Assembly (NCBI GenBank): GCA_964385615.1
Contig: CAYLPP010000005.1
Location: forward strand, 26,130 to 90,129
Reading direction: 5' to 3'
Origin: an uncultured bacterium
GTDB lineage: Bacteria; Omnitrophota; Omnitrophia; Omnitrophales; Aquincolibacteriaceae
DNA: 64,000 bases
Shown: piece by piece, positions 1-9,150 of the stretch
Position numbering within the stretch: position 1 is the stretch's first letter
How the letters are laid out: each line of letters begins with the position of its first letter
Translations under genes and position numbers: made by a program
Notes under the pieces: model-generated
Told to the model about the DNA's origin: nothing
The model's database searches: none
Seen by the model: the letters and a program-made list of their open reading frames with translations, nothing else

Positions 1-222
1 CTAATTTACGCCCTGGCACTTTTACCCGTGAGCCTTCTTCCGTCAGCGCTGGGTATGCTTGGAATTTATTATTTTCTGGGAGCGCTGCTGTTTGGTTTGG
101 GGTTTATCGCGTTGAGTCTGGAAAGCCTGAAAAATCTGGATCAAAAAGCCGGACTGCTTTTCCGCGGATCCATTTTGTATTTATCAGGCCTGCTGTTTCT
201 GATGTTTCTTGATAAAGTCTAA
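1..222 (+). CDS. C-terminal fragment of a polytopic membrane protein, probably protoheme IX farnesyltransferase (heme O synthase, UbiA family); the 5' end lies outside the window
   Basis: The frame is open from nt 1 to TAA 220-222. Two hydrophobic helices are separated by a short basic loop (LKNLDQKAGLLFRGSILYLSGLLFLMFLDKV), resembling the CyoE/CtaB C-terminus. The gene lies upstream of SCO1 and a DUF420 (CtaM-like) cytochrome oxidase assembly gene. Confidence 0.4.
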   Translation, partial: LIYALALLPVSLLPSALGMLGIYYFLGALLFGLGFIALSLESLKNLDQKAGLLFRGSILYLSGLLFLMFLDKV

Positions 223-223
223 A

Positions 224-1147
224 ATGATTGAAATTAAAAATCTGTATCATTCCTACCGCGACCGAGAGGTCCTCAAAGGTCTGACGTTATCCGTTGAAAA
301 GGGCGAGATTTTCGGCCTTCTGGGTCCAAACGGAAGCGGAAAGACCACGTTGATGAGAATTTTGTGTACCGTATTTCCCGCGCTTCGCGGCGATGTTCAG
401 ATTGCCGGAATTGATTTGAAATCCCGCCCTCAGGATGTCCGTAAAAAAATTGGCGTTGTTTTTCAATCTCCAAGCCTGGACGGAAAATTGACCGTCATGG
501 AAAATCTTCTGCATCAGGGCCGCCTTTACGGGCTTTTCGGACGTGAATTAAAAAACCGCGCGGAGGATATGCTTTCACGGCTTGGGATTCTGGAGCGCGC
601 CTCTGACCGTGTTGAAAAACTTTCCGGCGGATTAAAAAGGCGCGCGGAAATTGCCAAGAGCCTTCTGCATCGACCTGAGCTTCTATTGCTGGATGAGCCG
701 TCTACGGGTCTTGATCCGGGTTCCCGCCATGATGTCTGGCGTTACCTCCAGACTTTGAGCCGTGAACAAGGAGTGACGGTACTGGTAACAACGCATTTGA
801 TGGAAGAAGCTGAACTTTGTTCGCGTGTCGCAATTTTGAATCATGGAATGATTGTGGCTTTGGGAAAGCCGGAAGAGTTAAAGCGGGCCGTCAGCGGTGA
901 CATTATTCAGATTCAGGCCCGGTCCGCTGAAAACCTTTCCATGAAACTTAAAGAACGCTTTCAGCTGACCCCTCTTTTAGAAGCCGACCGGCTTCAAATT
1001 GAACATCGCCAGGCCGCGGAGTGGATTCCGAAGCTGGCGGAAGCTTTTCCCGGTGAAATTTTGGCCATGACCTTGCGTAAACCCACTCTGGGAGATGTTT
1101 TTATGCATCAGACCGGGCGGAGTTTTGAGCAGGAGACGGAATCATGA
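224..1147 (+). CDS. ABC transporter ATP-binding protein (ABC-2 / CcmA-NosF-like)
   Basis: Walker A GPNGSGKTT, ABC signature LSGGLKRR and Walker B LLLLDEP are present. ATG 224 lies just after the TAA of the preceding gene; an alternative TTG start is at 209. Confidence 0.85.
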   Translation: MIEIKNLYHSYRDREVLKGLTLSVEKGEIFGLLGPNGSGKTTLMRILCTVFPALRGDVQIAGIDLKSRPQDVRKKIGVVFQSPSLDGKLTVMENLLHQGRLYGLFGRELKNRAEDMLSRLGILERASDRVEKLSGGLKRRAEIAKSLLHRPELLLLDEPSTGLDPGSRHDVWRYLQTLSREQGVTVLVTTHLMEEAELCSRVAILNHGMIVALGKPEELKRAVSGDIIQIQARSAENLSMKLKERFQLTPLLEADRLQIEHRQAAEWIPKLAEAFPGEILAMTLRKPTLGDVFMHQTGRSFEQETES

Positions 1148-1905
1148 TGTCTTTCTGGGCCGGTGTTTACACGCTCTGGCTTCGTGAGGTGGTTCGTTTT
1201 TACCGTCAGCCCAGCCGGGTGATGGGCGCTTTGGGGTCTCCGCTGATTTTCTGGCTTTTAATCGGGTCCGGGATTGGGTCTTCATTTAAAGGTTCTTCGG
1301 GCGGGTATCTGGTTTATTTTTTTCCGGGGACTTTGCTGATGATTCTTTTTTTTACCGCGGTTTTTTCCACGATTTCCCTGATTGAAGACCGCAAAGAAGG
1401 ATTCCTTCAGGCGGTTCTGGTCGCGCCGGTTCCGCGCTCCGGAGTCGTGCTTGGAAAAATTTTAGGCGGCTCAACGCTCGCGATGATTCAAGCCCTTCTC
1501 TTTCTTGTTTTTGCTCCCGCTATCGGAATTCATTTGCAATGGGCCGGCCTTCTGGAGACGGGAAGCGCGCTTTTCCTGGGGGCTTTTTTAATGACCACGC
1601 TTGGGTTTCTGATTGCGTGGCAGTTTGATTCGATCCAGGGGTTTCACGCCGTGATGAATTTACTTTTAATGCCGATGTGGATGCTGTCCGGAGCGCTTTT
1701 CCCCGCGCGGGGCGCTTCGGTCTGGATGCAGTGGGTCATGCGCGTCAATCCGCTCAGTTACAGCTATGGCGCGCTCCGCACAGCGCTTCTCGGCCCTCAA
1801 CCGGGAATGGAGTTCGGGTTTTCGATTCTCATTACTGCCGCGCTGGCCTCTTTGTTTTTTATTTGGGCCGTGCGCAACGCTTCCCGCGCCTCGAGGCCCG
1901 CATGA
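1144..1905 (+). CDS. ABC-2 type transporter permease
   Basis: Six predicted TM helices with ABC-2 permease architecture. ATGATG overlaps the ATPase stop (TGA 1145-1147). Confidence 0.75.
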   Translation: MMSFWAGVYTLWLREVVRFYRQPSRVMGALGSPLIFWLLIGSGIGSSFKGSSGGYLVYFFPGTLLMILFFTAVFSTISLIEDRKEGFLQAVLVAPVPRSGVVLGKILGGSTLAMIQALLFLVFAPAIGIHLQWAGLLETGSALFLGAFLMTTLGFLIAWQFDSIQGFHAVMNLLLMPMWMLSGALFPARGASVWMQWVMRVNPLSYSYGALRTALLGPQPGMEFGFSILITAALASLFFIWAVRNASRASRPA

Positions 1906-2519
1906 AGAAAAGTTTTTCACCGTCTTCCATTTTTTGGATTCTCGGAGGGCTGGTTCTCCTTCTCGCTTTCGGCCGTCTTTTTATTTCTTTCCCCGCGAAA
2001 AAACTTCCCGTGCTTGGGCAGTCCGGAGAATTTAATTTGACTGAAAGAAGCGGGAAAAAAGTCACGCTTCGGGATTTATCAGGGAAAGTCTGGATCGGTG
2101 ATTTTATTTTTACCCGCTGCGCGGGAATTTGCCCGCTTATGTCGGGGCATATGCGCCGGCTTCAGGAAGCTCTGAAAGGTTCACAGGATCTTCGTTTTGT
2201 TTCTTTCAGCGTGGATCCCGAATACGACACGCCTGAAAAATTATCGGCATACGCCCAAAAATTCGGCGCGGACCCTGAGAAATGGCTGTTTTTGACCGGG
2301 GATAAAAAAGAGCTTTTTGAACTTTCTTTGAAGCATTTTCATCTGGGCGTGGGCGACGCGCCTCCGGAAGAAAGAACCGATCCGGATCAGGTTGTGACGC
2401 ACAGCACACGGTTTGTGCTGGTCGACCGCGAAGGATTCATCCGGGGCTATTACGACAGCGCTCAGGTTAAAAATATGGATAAACTGGTGCTGGACGCCAA
2501 AAGGCTTTTGAAAGAATGA
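1902..2519 (+). CDS. SCO1/SenC family copper chaperone (thioredoxin fold)
   Basis: N-terminal TM anchor, then a CxxxC motif (FTRCAGICP). The internal ATG at 1902 overlaps the permease stop (ATGA). The longer track ORF 1677..2519 would run through the permease 3' end. Confidence 0.8.
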   Translation: MKKSFSPSSIFWILGGLVLLLAFGRLFISFPAKKLPVLGQSGEFNLTERSGKKVTLRDLSGKVWIGDFIFTRCAGICPLMSGHMRRLQEALKGSQDLRFVSFSVDPEYDTPEKLSAYAQKFGADPEKWLFLTGDKKELFELSLKHFHLGVGDAPPEERTDPDQVVTHSTRFVLVDREGFIRGYYDSAQVKNMDKLVLDAKRLLKE

Positions 2520-2926
2520 CTTTTTCACACCCGGCCCTCAATGCCTGTTTAAACGGAGCCAGCGCCCTTCTTCTCCTGGCCGGTTATTTTTTTATACGCG
2601 GGAAAAAAATTACGGCGCATCGGATCTGCATGGGGTCAGCCTTTATCACTTCCGTGATCTTTTTGATTTCTTATCTGATTTATCATTTTCATCACGGCTC
2701 CACCCGTTATTCTCACACCGGAATTATCCGGATTATTTACTTTTCAATTTTAATTTCACATACTTTATTGGCGGTTGTGATCGTTCCGCTGATTCTGGTT
2801 ACTTTCCGCCGGGCGCTCCGCGGTGATTTTCAGAAACACGCGGCGATAGCCCGGGTTACCTTTCCGCTCTGGCTTTATGTTTCGGTCACCGGCGTCGTTA
2901 TTTATTGGATGCTGTACCAGTTATGA
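2516..2926 (+). CDS. DUF420 family membrane protein (CtaM-like, cytochrome oxidase associated)
   Basis: Four TM helices with His-rich loops (HFHHGSTRYSH), typical of DUF420. ATGA overlap with SCO1. Confidence 0.6.
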   Translation: MTFSHPALNACLNGASALLLLAGYFFIRGKKITAHRICMGSAFITSVIFLISYLIYHFHHGSTRYSHTGIIRIIYFSILISHTLLAVVIVPLILVTFRRALRGDFQKHAAIARVTFPLWLYVSVTGVVIYWMLYQL

Positions 2927-3156
2927 AGAAAGCGGTTTTATTTCTAACGGGATTTTTCACGGGAATTCCTGTTCTTCGAGCCTGTCCTTTCTGCGCTGAC
3001 GTTGTCGCGCGCAGTAAAGATGCTATGCAGGCCGTGCGTTTCGGCGAGGGAATTTCCTGGAGCCTGGTGGTCATGCTCGGAATGCCTTTTCTGCTTGTGA
3101 CCGGCATTACACTTTTTCTGATGAAACAAAACTTATTTAAATCGGAGACAAAATAA
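2923..3156 (+). CDS. Small secreted/membrane-anchored CxxC protein (hypothetical; possibly Cu/heme-copper oxidase related)
   Basis: Signal peptide, a CPFC motif and a C-terminal TM helix. ATGA overlap with the DUF420 gene. Confidence 0.4.
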   Translation: MKKAVLFLTGFFTGIPVLRACPFCADVVARSKDAMQAVRFGEGISWSLVVMLGMPFLLVTGITLFLMKQNLFKSETK

Positions 3157-3158
3157 AC

Positions 3159-4655
3159 ATGAAAACACAAATTACGGTGCTAAACGCAAAAAGACAGCCC
3201 GCGGGACTTTTAGCGGCAGGGTTTTTTGAGGGTGAAAAACTTCACAAGAGCCTGGCTGAAACAGAACCCGTTTTCGCGGCGGCGGTTAAAAAGGCCCTGG
3301 AAAATGGCCGTTTCGAGGGCAAGTTCGCGCAAACGTTCGTTTCTTATCATCCGGAATATAAAGAAGCGCCTGAAATTATTCTTTTTGGGCTCGGAAAAAA
3401 GTCCAATTATAAAAACCGCTGTTTCCGGAAAGCTTTCGCGCAGATTATTCAATTAGCCAAAGCGCGGAAAACCGAAACGCTTCGTGTCTGGCTGGACAGT
3501 TTCGCGGGCGGAGAGGTTAACGCGAAGGTGATTGCCGGAGCCGCGGCGGAAATTTCGATTCTCTCGACTTATGAATTCAACCGCTACAAGAGCGTGAAAA
3601 AAGATTCTAAAACTAAAAAGCTCGAAAAAATCGACCTGGTCCAGGAAAAGAAACCGGATGCTTCGTCTTTAAAAGCTCTCGAGGAAGGAACCGCGGTCGC
3701 TGAAGGTGTTTGCTTCGCCCGCGATTTAATCAATGAGCCGGGCAATATTATGAATGCTCCGCATTTGTGCTCCGTGGCCAAGCAGTGGGCTAAAGAAAAA
3801 GGTGTTTCTTATGAGTCTCTTGAGCAGACAGAGCTTAAAAAACTGAAGATGGGCGGGATTCTGGCGGTGAATCAGGGCAGTGTCACTCCAGCTTCGCTGA
3901 TTATTCTGGAATATGGAAAACAATATCAAAAAAACGGCACGGTTTGTCTGGTCGGTAAAGGCGTTACTTTTGATACCGGCGGTATTTCAATTAAGCCTGC
4001 CAAAGATATGGAAAAAATGAAATATGATATGTCGGGCGCGGCCGCGGTAATAGCGGCCGTTGGAACGGCTGCGGCATTGGGTCTGAAGAGGCATGTGGTC
4101 GGTTTGACGCCGGCGGTGGAAAACAATGTCGCGGAAAATCCGCAGAGACCCGGTGACATTATCCGTATGTACAACGGGAAAAGCGTGGAAGTTCTCAACA
4201 CGGACGCCGAAGGCCGTCTGATTCTGGGCGACGCACTTTCTTATTCGGCTAAATATGAACCTAAAGCCATTATTGATCTCGCGACCCTGACCGGAATGTG
4301 CGCGTACACTTTCGGAACGCACGCGATCGGCCTCATGACTAATGATGAAAAGTTGGCGAAAAAAATTTCCGCCGCTGGAGAAGCGGTAGGTGAACGTTGT
4401 TGGCCGTTACCCATGTGGGAAGAGTACGGCGAGCAGATCAAAGGCCATCACTCCGATCTTTACAATATTGGAGGCCCTTACGGAGGCACGATTACTGCCG
4501 CCAAGTTTTTGCAGGAGTTTGTTCCCGAAAAAACACCCTGGGTTCATCTGGATATCGCCGGCACGGCCTGGGCGGATTCCAACCGGCCGGATTGCGTTAA
4601 AGGCGGTACGGGTGTAGGGGTGAGGCTTTTGATCGAGTTTTTACGCTCTTTCTAA
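3159..4655 (+). CDS. pepA: Leucyl aminopeptidase (M17 family)
   Basis: The M17 signature NTDAEGRL is present within LNTDAEGRLILGDAL. The protein is 498 aa. Confidence 0.9.
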   Translation: MKTQITVLNAKRQPAGLLAAGFFEGEKLHKSLAETEPVFAAAVKKALENGRFEGKFAQTFVSYHPEYKEAPEIILFGLGKKSNYKNRCFRKAFAQIIQLAKARKTETLRVWLDSFAGGEVNAKVIAGAAAEISILSTYEFNRYKSVKKDSKTKKLEKIDLVQEKKPDASSLKALEEGTAVAEGVCFARDLINEPGNIMNAPHLCSVAKQWAKEKGVSYESLEQTELKKLKMGGILAVNQGSVTPASLIILEYGKQYQKNGTVCLVGKGVTFDTGGISIKPAKDMEKMKYDMSGAAAVIAAVGTAAALGLKRHVVGLTPAVENNVAENPQRPGDIIRMYNGKSVEVLNTDAEGRLILGDALSYSAKYEPKAIIDLATLTGMCAYTFGTHAIGLMTNDEKLAKKISAAGEAVGERCWPLPMWEEYGEQIKGHHSDLYNIGGPYGGTITAAKFLQEFVPEKTPWVHLDIAGTAWADSNRPDCVKGGTGVGVRLLIEFLRSF

Positions 4656-4728
4656 GCTGGAAGCGGTCAAGCTTTAAGCGGAGAAGCCGTTATTTAAGAT
4701 GAAACCATTTTTATCTTAAGGGGGCTTT

Positions 4729-5190
4729 ATGCGCGCTTTAAATTCCAGAGTTTTTTCCGTTTTCATGCTCTTGTTCCTTTTTTCTTCTTTCATTCCTCAA
4801 GCCTCTGCTAAAGTCAAGGAAGCTGGAGCCTCTCTGATCCTGCCGACTACCGGGCAGGCCCTGAACGGTGAGCTTGGAAAAGGTAAAACCAAGTTAATGG
4901 CAGGGATTGAGGTTGTGTCGATTACGGCCATCGCGGCGATTGGTTTTGCCGGCGGAGGGCCCGCGGTTTGGTTTGGAGCCGGACCTTTAATTGCCAATCA
5001 CTTATACAGCTCGATAGACGCGTATAAAAACGCGGGGAAAAACCCGGAAACCGCTGCCAATCAGCAGATTCTGTATGACGCTCAGCGTAATATTGAATTA
5101 TCCCGGGAACGGCGTTACGGCCGTGAAGAAGCTTACCGTTCGGATATACGCGAGCGCATCCAGCGCGCGGGCGAGCAATCCGGTTATTGA
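4729..5190 (+). CDS. Hypothetical secreted protein with a Gly-rich hydrophobic segment
   Basis: N-terminal signal peptide ending AKV. No recognisable catalytic motif. Confidence 0.45.
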   Translation: MRALNSRVFSVFMLLFLFSSFIPQASAKVKEAGASLILPTTGQALNGELGKGKTKLMAGIEVVSITAIAAIGFAGGGPAVWFGAGPLIANHLYSSIDAYKNAGKNPETAANQQILYDAQRNIELSRERRYGREEAYRSDIRERIQRAGEQSGY

Positions 5191-5224
5191 TTTCCTGAAA
5201 GCCTCTCTTTAAGATAGGCACCCT

Positions 5225-6508
5225 GTGCCTCCTTCAATGTCGTCTCTGTTAGACCGCCGTCTCGAAATCACGGCTTCGATCTGGTCGGGGATTCAAAACG
5301 CGTCTACACCCGCCGACCGATGGCTGGGAAATTATTTTCACAGCCAGCGTGCCCGCTTTGGGGCCAGTGACCGCCGGTTTTATGCTGAAAACATTTACGC
5401 TCTTTTCCGCCACAAAATTTTTCTAGAAGCTTGGGTTTCGGCTATTTTTCCGGGGACGAATCCAAAATTCATGATCCTGATAGCGGCGGTTCTTGAAGAT
5501 TTGGTTCCTGAAAACGAAGCGCTAGAATTTTCACATCAGCTTCAATGGCCTTTGACCGCGGAGATTTTGAAAAGAATACGCGCGTTCGAACTTCCGCCAG
5601 GTTTTAAAACGCGGGGATTGTCTTCCGAGCTTGCTCTTAAGTATTCATTTCCGCTTTGGCTCGTTGAAAAATGGATTCACAATTTTAGCGCGGGAGAAAC
5701 TGAAGAGCTTTTAAAGCATTGCCGGATGAGGCCTCCTTTTACGGTGCGGGTCAATCCGGTCAAAATAACCCGCGAAGCATTAATTCAAAAATTTCAGGAA
5801 CAGGGCTTTGAAGTTTTTCAAACTCCGGTGTCTCCGTACGGGATTATTTTTAAAGAAAGAGCCAATCTTTTTGACAGCGAAGAGTTTCGGGAAGGGCTTT
5901 TTGAGGTTCAGGACGAGGGCAGTCAAATTCTCTGCCAAACCGTCGATGCTAAACCCGGAGAGCTGGTTTGGGATGTATGCGCCGGCGGGGGAGGAAAAAC
6001 GCTATTGATGGCGGCCATGATGCAAAATAAAGGCCGGGTCGTAGCCACGGATATCCGGGCCCGGAAACTGGACGAATTGGCGAAAAGAGCCAAACGGGCG
6101 GGGCTTTACAATATTTTCCCGGCGGACCTTCAGAGAATGAATGAAATTTCAGCCGTTAAAAAGGGGTTTGATAAAATTCTGGTGGATGCGCCTTGCTCCG
6201 GCACCGGAACCTTGAGACGTAATCCTGATGCCAAATGGAAAATTTCCGCTCAGAAGATTGAGGGCTGTGTGCGGGATCAGCTTTCGATTCTTGAAAACGC
6301 ACTGCCTTACCTGAAGAAAGGCGGGAAGCTGTACTACGCGACCTGCTCCCTGGAGCCTGAGGAAAATGAGGAAATCTTTAAAACCTTTCTGGAAAGACAT
6401 CCTGAGCTGAGCCTGTTCTCTCAGGGGGCGGGCCGGCCGTTTTTAAAGCTTTTTCCTCATCAGCATCAAACTGATGGATTTTTTCTGGCAATAGCCGAAA
6501 ATAAGTAG
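5225..6508 (+). CDS. rsmB: 16S rRNA (cytosine-C5)-methyltransferase, RsmB/Sun (NOL1/NOP2) family
   Basis: Motifs VDAPCSGTGTLRRNPD and YATCSL give the catalytic Cys pair, with GAGGGGKT SAM-binding. GTG start. Confidence 0.85.
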   Translation: MPPSMSSLLDRRLEITASIWSGIQNASTPADRWLGNYFHSQRARFGASDRRFYAENIYALFRHKIFLEAWVSAIFPGTNPKFMILIAAVLEDLVPENEALEFSHQLQWPLTAEILKRIRAFELPPGFKTRGLSSELALKYSFPLWLVEKWIHNFSAGETEELLKHCRMRPPFTVRVNPVKITREALIQKFQEQGFEVFQTPVSPYGIIFKERANLFDSEEFREGLFEVQDEGSQILCQTVDAKPGELVWDVCAGGGGKTLLMAAMMQNKGRVVATDIRARKLDELAKRAKRAGLYNIFPADLQRMNEISAVKKGFDKILVDAPCSGTGTLRRNPDAKWKISAQKIEGCVRDQLSILENALPYLKKGGKLYYATCSLEPEENEEIFKTFLERHPELSLFSQGAGRPFLKLFPHQHQTDGFFLAIAENK

Positions 6509-6541
6509 CAGAATATCACCCGTCTTTATCGAGGAGATTTT

Positions 6542-6925
6542 ATGAAAAAATTTTTAAGCCTGATTTGCCTGTTTTTTATTTTAACTGCCGCGGCGCCTGT
6601 TGAGATCACCCGCGCGGGGCGTTCCGACTTGAACGCTTTTCAGCGAAGCGGGTATGTCTTTGGGCGGGGCGTTCTGAATGCGTTGGCCAGTCCTATGGAG
6701 CTTGTGAGGACCTTTAAAATCGAAAAACGGGATCATACCAGGCTTTGGCCCATCACCATGATTCCAAAGTCATTCTATAATTTCTTCATGCGCATTTCTT
6801 CGGCTGGATACGATATTGCTATCTATCCGTTTTTTGTGGTGCCGTTCACGGATGATATCCGCCCGATGAGCCGTTATTTTGAAATGCCCGACTATCCCTG
6901 GCAGCTTGAGGTTGGAGAGGAATAA
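6542..6925 (+). CDS. Small secreted protein, paralog of 9151..9645 (GRGxxNA motif family; possibly exosortase-associated TIGR04073-like)
   Basis: Signal peptide. Shares FGRGVLNALASPMEL and SSAGYDIAIYPF blocks with the 9151..9645 protein. Confidence 0.5.
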   Translation: MKKFLSLICLFFILTAAAPVEITRAGRSDLNAFQRSGYVFGRGVLNALASPMELVRTFKIEKRDHTRLWPITMIPKSFYNFFMRISSAGYDIAIYPFFVVPFTDDIRPMSRYFEMPDYPWQLEVGEE

Positions 6926-6937
6926 AGAGAAGCAGGC

Positions 6938-7705
6938 TTAAATCTTAAATGTTTGAGCCGCAAGCGCAGGGTCGTCCGTAATCAATCCGTCCGCACCGTT
7001 TTTCGCGAGCCTCCGCATTTCTTCCGGTTTGTTAACCGTCCAAAAATAAACTTTGACGCCTTTGGCGTGCAAAAACCGGATAAATCCAGGATCGCTGAAA
7101 TCCATACCGCACTTTTTTTCAAAAGGCATTGAAGCCGTTCCGAAAGGGTCGGGTTTCGGCGCGGTGCCTTTCTTGAAATCCAGATAACTCAACACCATGT
7201 CTCTTTTTGAATAAAAGCGGGGGGTTTCAGGGTAAAAATTTTTCATGGTTTCAGAGATCTTATGGTGCTTTGAACCGATGACACAGCTTTTCAGACAACC
7301 GTATTTTTGAAGCAGTTTAACGGTTTCATGAACAAGTTCTGGGGAATTTTGCTTGATTTCCACGCACCAGAATTTTCCCGGAAAAGCTTTAAGCAGATTT
7401 TCAAAAGAGGGGATTTTCACGCCTTGTCCGCGGAACGGAAATGATTTATCCTGTCGAGGGTCAAAGCGGAACCCTGCGTCCAGCTTTTGAAGTTCCTCCA
7501 GGGTTTTCGAAATGGCAATTCCGGAGCCGTTGGTGGTCCGCTCGAGTCCCGCGTCATGAAAGACAAAAGGAATACGGTCTTTTGAGAGCCAGAGGTCAAA
7601 CTCAACGGCGTCCGTATTTTGAAATCCGGCGGTGAATGACGGAAGGGTGTTTTCAGGATAAAAGCGGGCGGCGCCGCGATGGCCGATAATTTTAGGCGAA
7701 CTCAT
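6938..7705 (-). CDS. Glycerophosphodiester phosphodiesterase (GDPD family)
   Basis: IIGHRGA and E..D..H motifs. The start is taken at the internal Met (MSSPKIIGHRGA, nt 7705). The longer ORF to 7774 would overlap the divergent trmJ start. Confidence 0.8.
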   Translation of the reverse strand: MSSPKIIGHRGAARFYPENTLPSFTAGFQNTDAVEFDLWLSKDRIPFVFHDAGLERTTNGSGIAISKTLEELQKLDAGFRFDPRQDKSFPFRGQGVKIPSFENLLKAFPGKFWCVEIKQNSPELVHETVKLLQKYGCLKSCVIGSKHHKISETMKNFYPETPRFYSKRDMVLSYLDFKKGTAPKPDPFGTASMPFEKKCGMDFSDPGFIRFLHAKGVKVYFWTVNKPEEMRRLAKNGADGLITDDPALAAQTFKI

Positions 7706-7721
7706 GAACGGATTATAATCG

Positions 7722-8483
7722 ATGAAACCTTTTCTCTCTACGATTCTTGTTGAACCTGAAAACCCTGATAACATCGGCGCGGCTGCCCGCGCGGTTAAAA
7801 ATATGGGTTTTTCGGATCTCCGGCTGGTTAACCCGCCTTCCGGGTGGCTTCGTAATTCTAAAAAAATGGCGATGTCCGCTTATGATGTAGCCCAAAAAGC
7901 GCAGGTTTTTGACTCCGTCTCTGAGGCGGTCGCGGATCTTTACGCGGTCATCGGCACCACGCGCCGATTTGGCCCTAAGAGAGGAACTTTTCTTCCTTGG
8001 GACGCGATGCTTAAAAAAGCCCCGGGACTTTCTTTGAAAGGTTCCCTGGGGGTTATGTTTGGCAAAGAATCCAAAGGGCTCGATAATGATTCCCTGGCTC
8101 TGTGTGACTGGGTTACAACTATTCCGGCTAATCCCGCTTATCCGTCCTTGAACCTTTCGCAGGCGGTGCTGATTGTGTGTTATGAATTCTCGCGGATTTT
8201 CGCGGGCGAAAAAACACAGTACGCCACGGAAATGGAATTTGTTTCAAAAGAAACGGCGGCGGAAGTTTTGGGAAGACTTCATAAAGCTTTGCTCGCGCTG
8301 GGTTATGAAAGACCTGGTTCCAAAGCCAGGATTGCGGAGCGCGTGAAATCCACTTTTCATAGGATGTGGAAACGCGGAGGTCTCCTGCAAAGTGAAGCAC
8401 AAATGTTTCGCGGACTTTCAAGGCGTATTTGCCAGCGCCTCGATCCGCATTCTAAAAAAAATTCGACGGAACCGGGAATTTAA
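7722..8483 (+). CDS. trmJ: tRNA (cytidine/uridine-2'-O)-methyltransferase, SpoU/TrmH class (TrmJ-like)
   Basis: N-terminal LVEPENPDNIGAAARAVKNMGF is typical of TrmJ/LasT. SPOUT fold size. Confidence 0.75.
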   Translation: MKPFLSTILVEPENPDNIGAAARAVKNMGFSDLRLVNPPSGWLRNSKKMAMSAYDVAQKAQVFDSVSEAVADLYAVIGTTRRFGPKRGTFLPWDAMLKKAPGLSLKGSLGVMFGKESKGLDNDSLALCDWVTTIPANPAYPSLNLSQAVLIVCYEFSRIFAGEKTQYATEMEFVSKETAAEVLGRLHKALLALGYERPGSKARIAERVKSTFHRMWKRGGLLQSEAQMFRGLSRRICQRLDPHSKKNSTEPGI

Positions 8484-8497
8484 GGTAGATTACCCCC

Positions 8498-9046
8498 ATG
8501 GACATCGCAAAATTAAAAGAAGAACTGCTTAAAACGATTAAAGAAAAAGCGTTTATGAAGGGCGAAGAACGCACGCTTGCTTCCGGAAAGAAATCTAATT
8601 TTTATATCGACGGAAAACAAGTGACGCTCGATCCTAACGGCCTTCTTCTGACCGGTAAAACGATTCTCGCGGCTTTGGCCGGTTCCAAGATTGACGCGGT
8701 TGGCGGTCCTACCCTCGGCGCGGATCCTATTGCCGCCGCAGTATCCCTCCTGAGCTCTCAGACAGGGCATCCTATCAAGGCTTTTATTGTCCGCAAGGAA
8801 GCCAAGAAGCATGGAATGCAGAAGATGATCGAGGGCCCGGCCTTACAGCCTGGGGATCATGTGGTGATGGTTGAGGATGTCATTACGACCGGCGGATCGG
8901 TTTTAACAGCGATTCAAGAAGTGGAAAAACTTAAGGCTAAGGTAGTGAGAGTTATTTGCCTGGTGGACCGCAATGAAGGGGCCGTTAATTTGTTGGCTCC
9001 CTATAATTACACGCCTCTCTTTAATCTTCAGGATCTAGGTCTCTAG
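8498..9046 (+). CDS. pyrE: Orotate phosphoribosyltransferase (type I PRTase)
   Basis: PRPP-binding motif VMVEDVITTGGS. About 180 aa. Confidence 0.75.
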   Translation: MDIAKLKEELLKTIKEKAFMKGEERTLASGKKSNFYIDGKQVTLDPNGLLLTGKTILAALAGSKIDAVGGPTLGADPIAAAVSLLSSQTGHPIKAFIVRKEAKKHGMQKMIEGPALQPGDHVVMVEDVITTGGSVLTAIQEVEKLKAKVVRVICLVDRNEGAVNLLAPYNYTPLFNLQDLGL

Positions 9047-9048
9047 CG

Positions 9049-9086
9049 AACACTGGAACCGTTGGGGTTCCAGTGTTAATTTTTTC
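9049..9086 (+). terminator. Rho-independent terminator after pyrE
   Basis: Perfect 12-bp stem AACACTGGAACC/GGTTCCAGTGTT (9049-9060 / 9066-9077) with a 5-nt loop, followed by AATTTTTT. Confidence 0.8.
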
Positions 9087-9090
9087 CAAT

Positions 9091-9130
9091 AAAAAACCGG
9101 AAGCCCGTTTTAAGCGGACTTCCGGTTTTT
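9091..9130. terminator. Bidirectional hairpin terminator (serves the minus-strand gene 9151..9645)
   Basis: Stem CCGGAAG/CTTCCGG (9097-9103 / 9119-9125), flanked by an A-run (9091-9096) and a T-run (9126-9130). Confidence 0.6.
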
Positions 9131-9150
9131 CTTTCTGAAGAATTCCTGAA

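Noticed and set aside
1677-2519. Long N-terminal extensions of track ORFs (1677 SCO1, 15881 RGP-like, 17881 GT2, 41162 GT2, 50735 SDR, 45891 GT-C, 61713 nuoB, 9805 HTH)
   Set aside because: The extensions overlap the 3' end of the preceding gene in another frame and encode low-complexity peptide. In each case an internal ATG placed at an ATGA/TGATG junction with the upstream stop gives the expected family N-terminus.
4656-4728. Possible terminator after pepA (AAGCTGG…CAAGCTT)
   Set aside because: The stem is short and imperfect and no T-run follows. It is not convincing compared with the clear terminators at 9049-9130.
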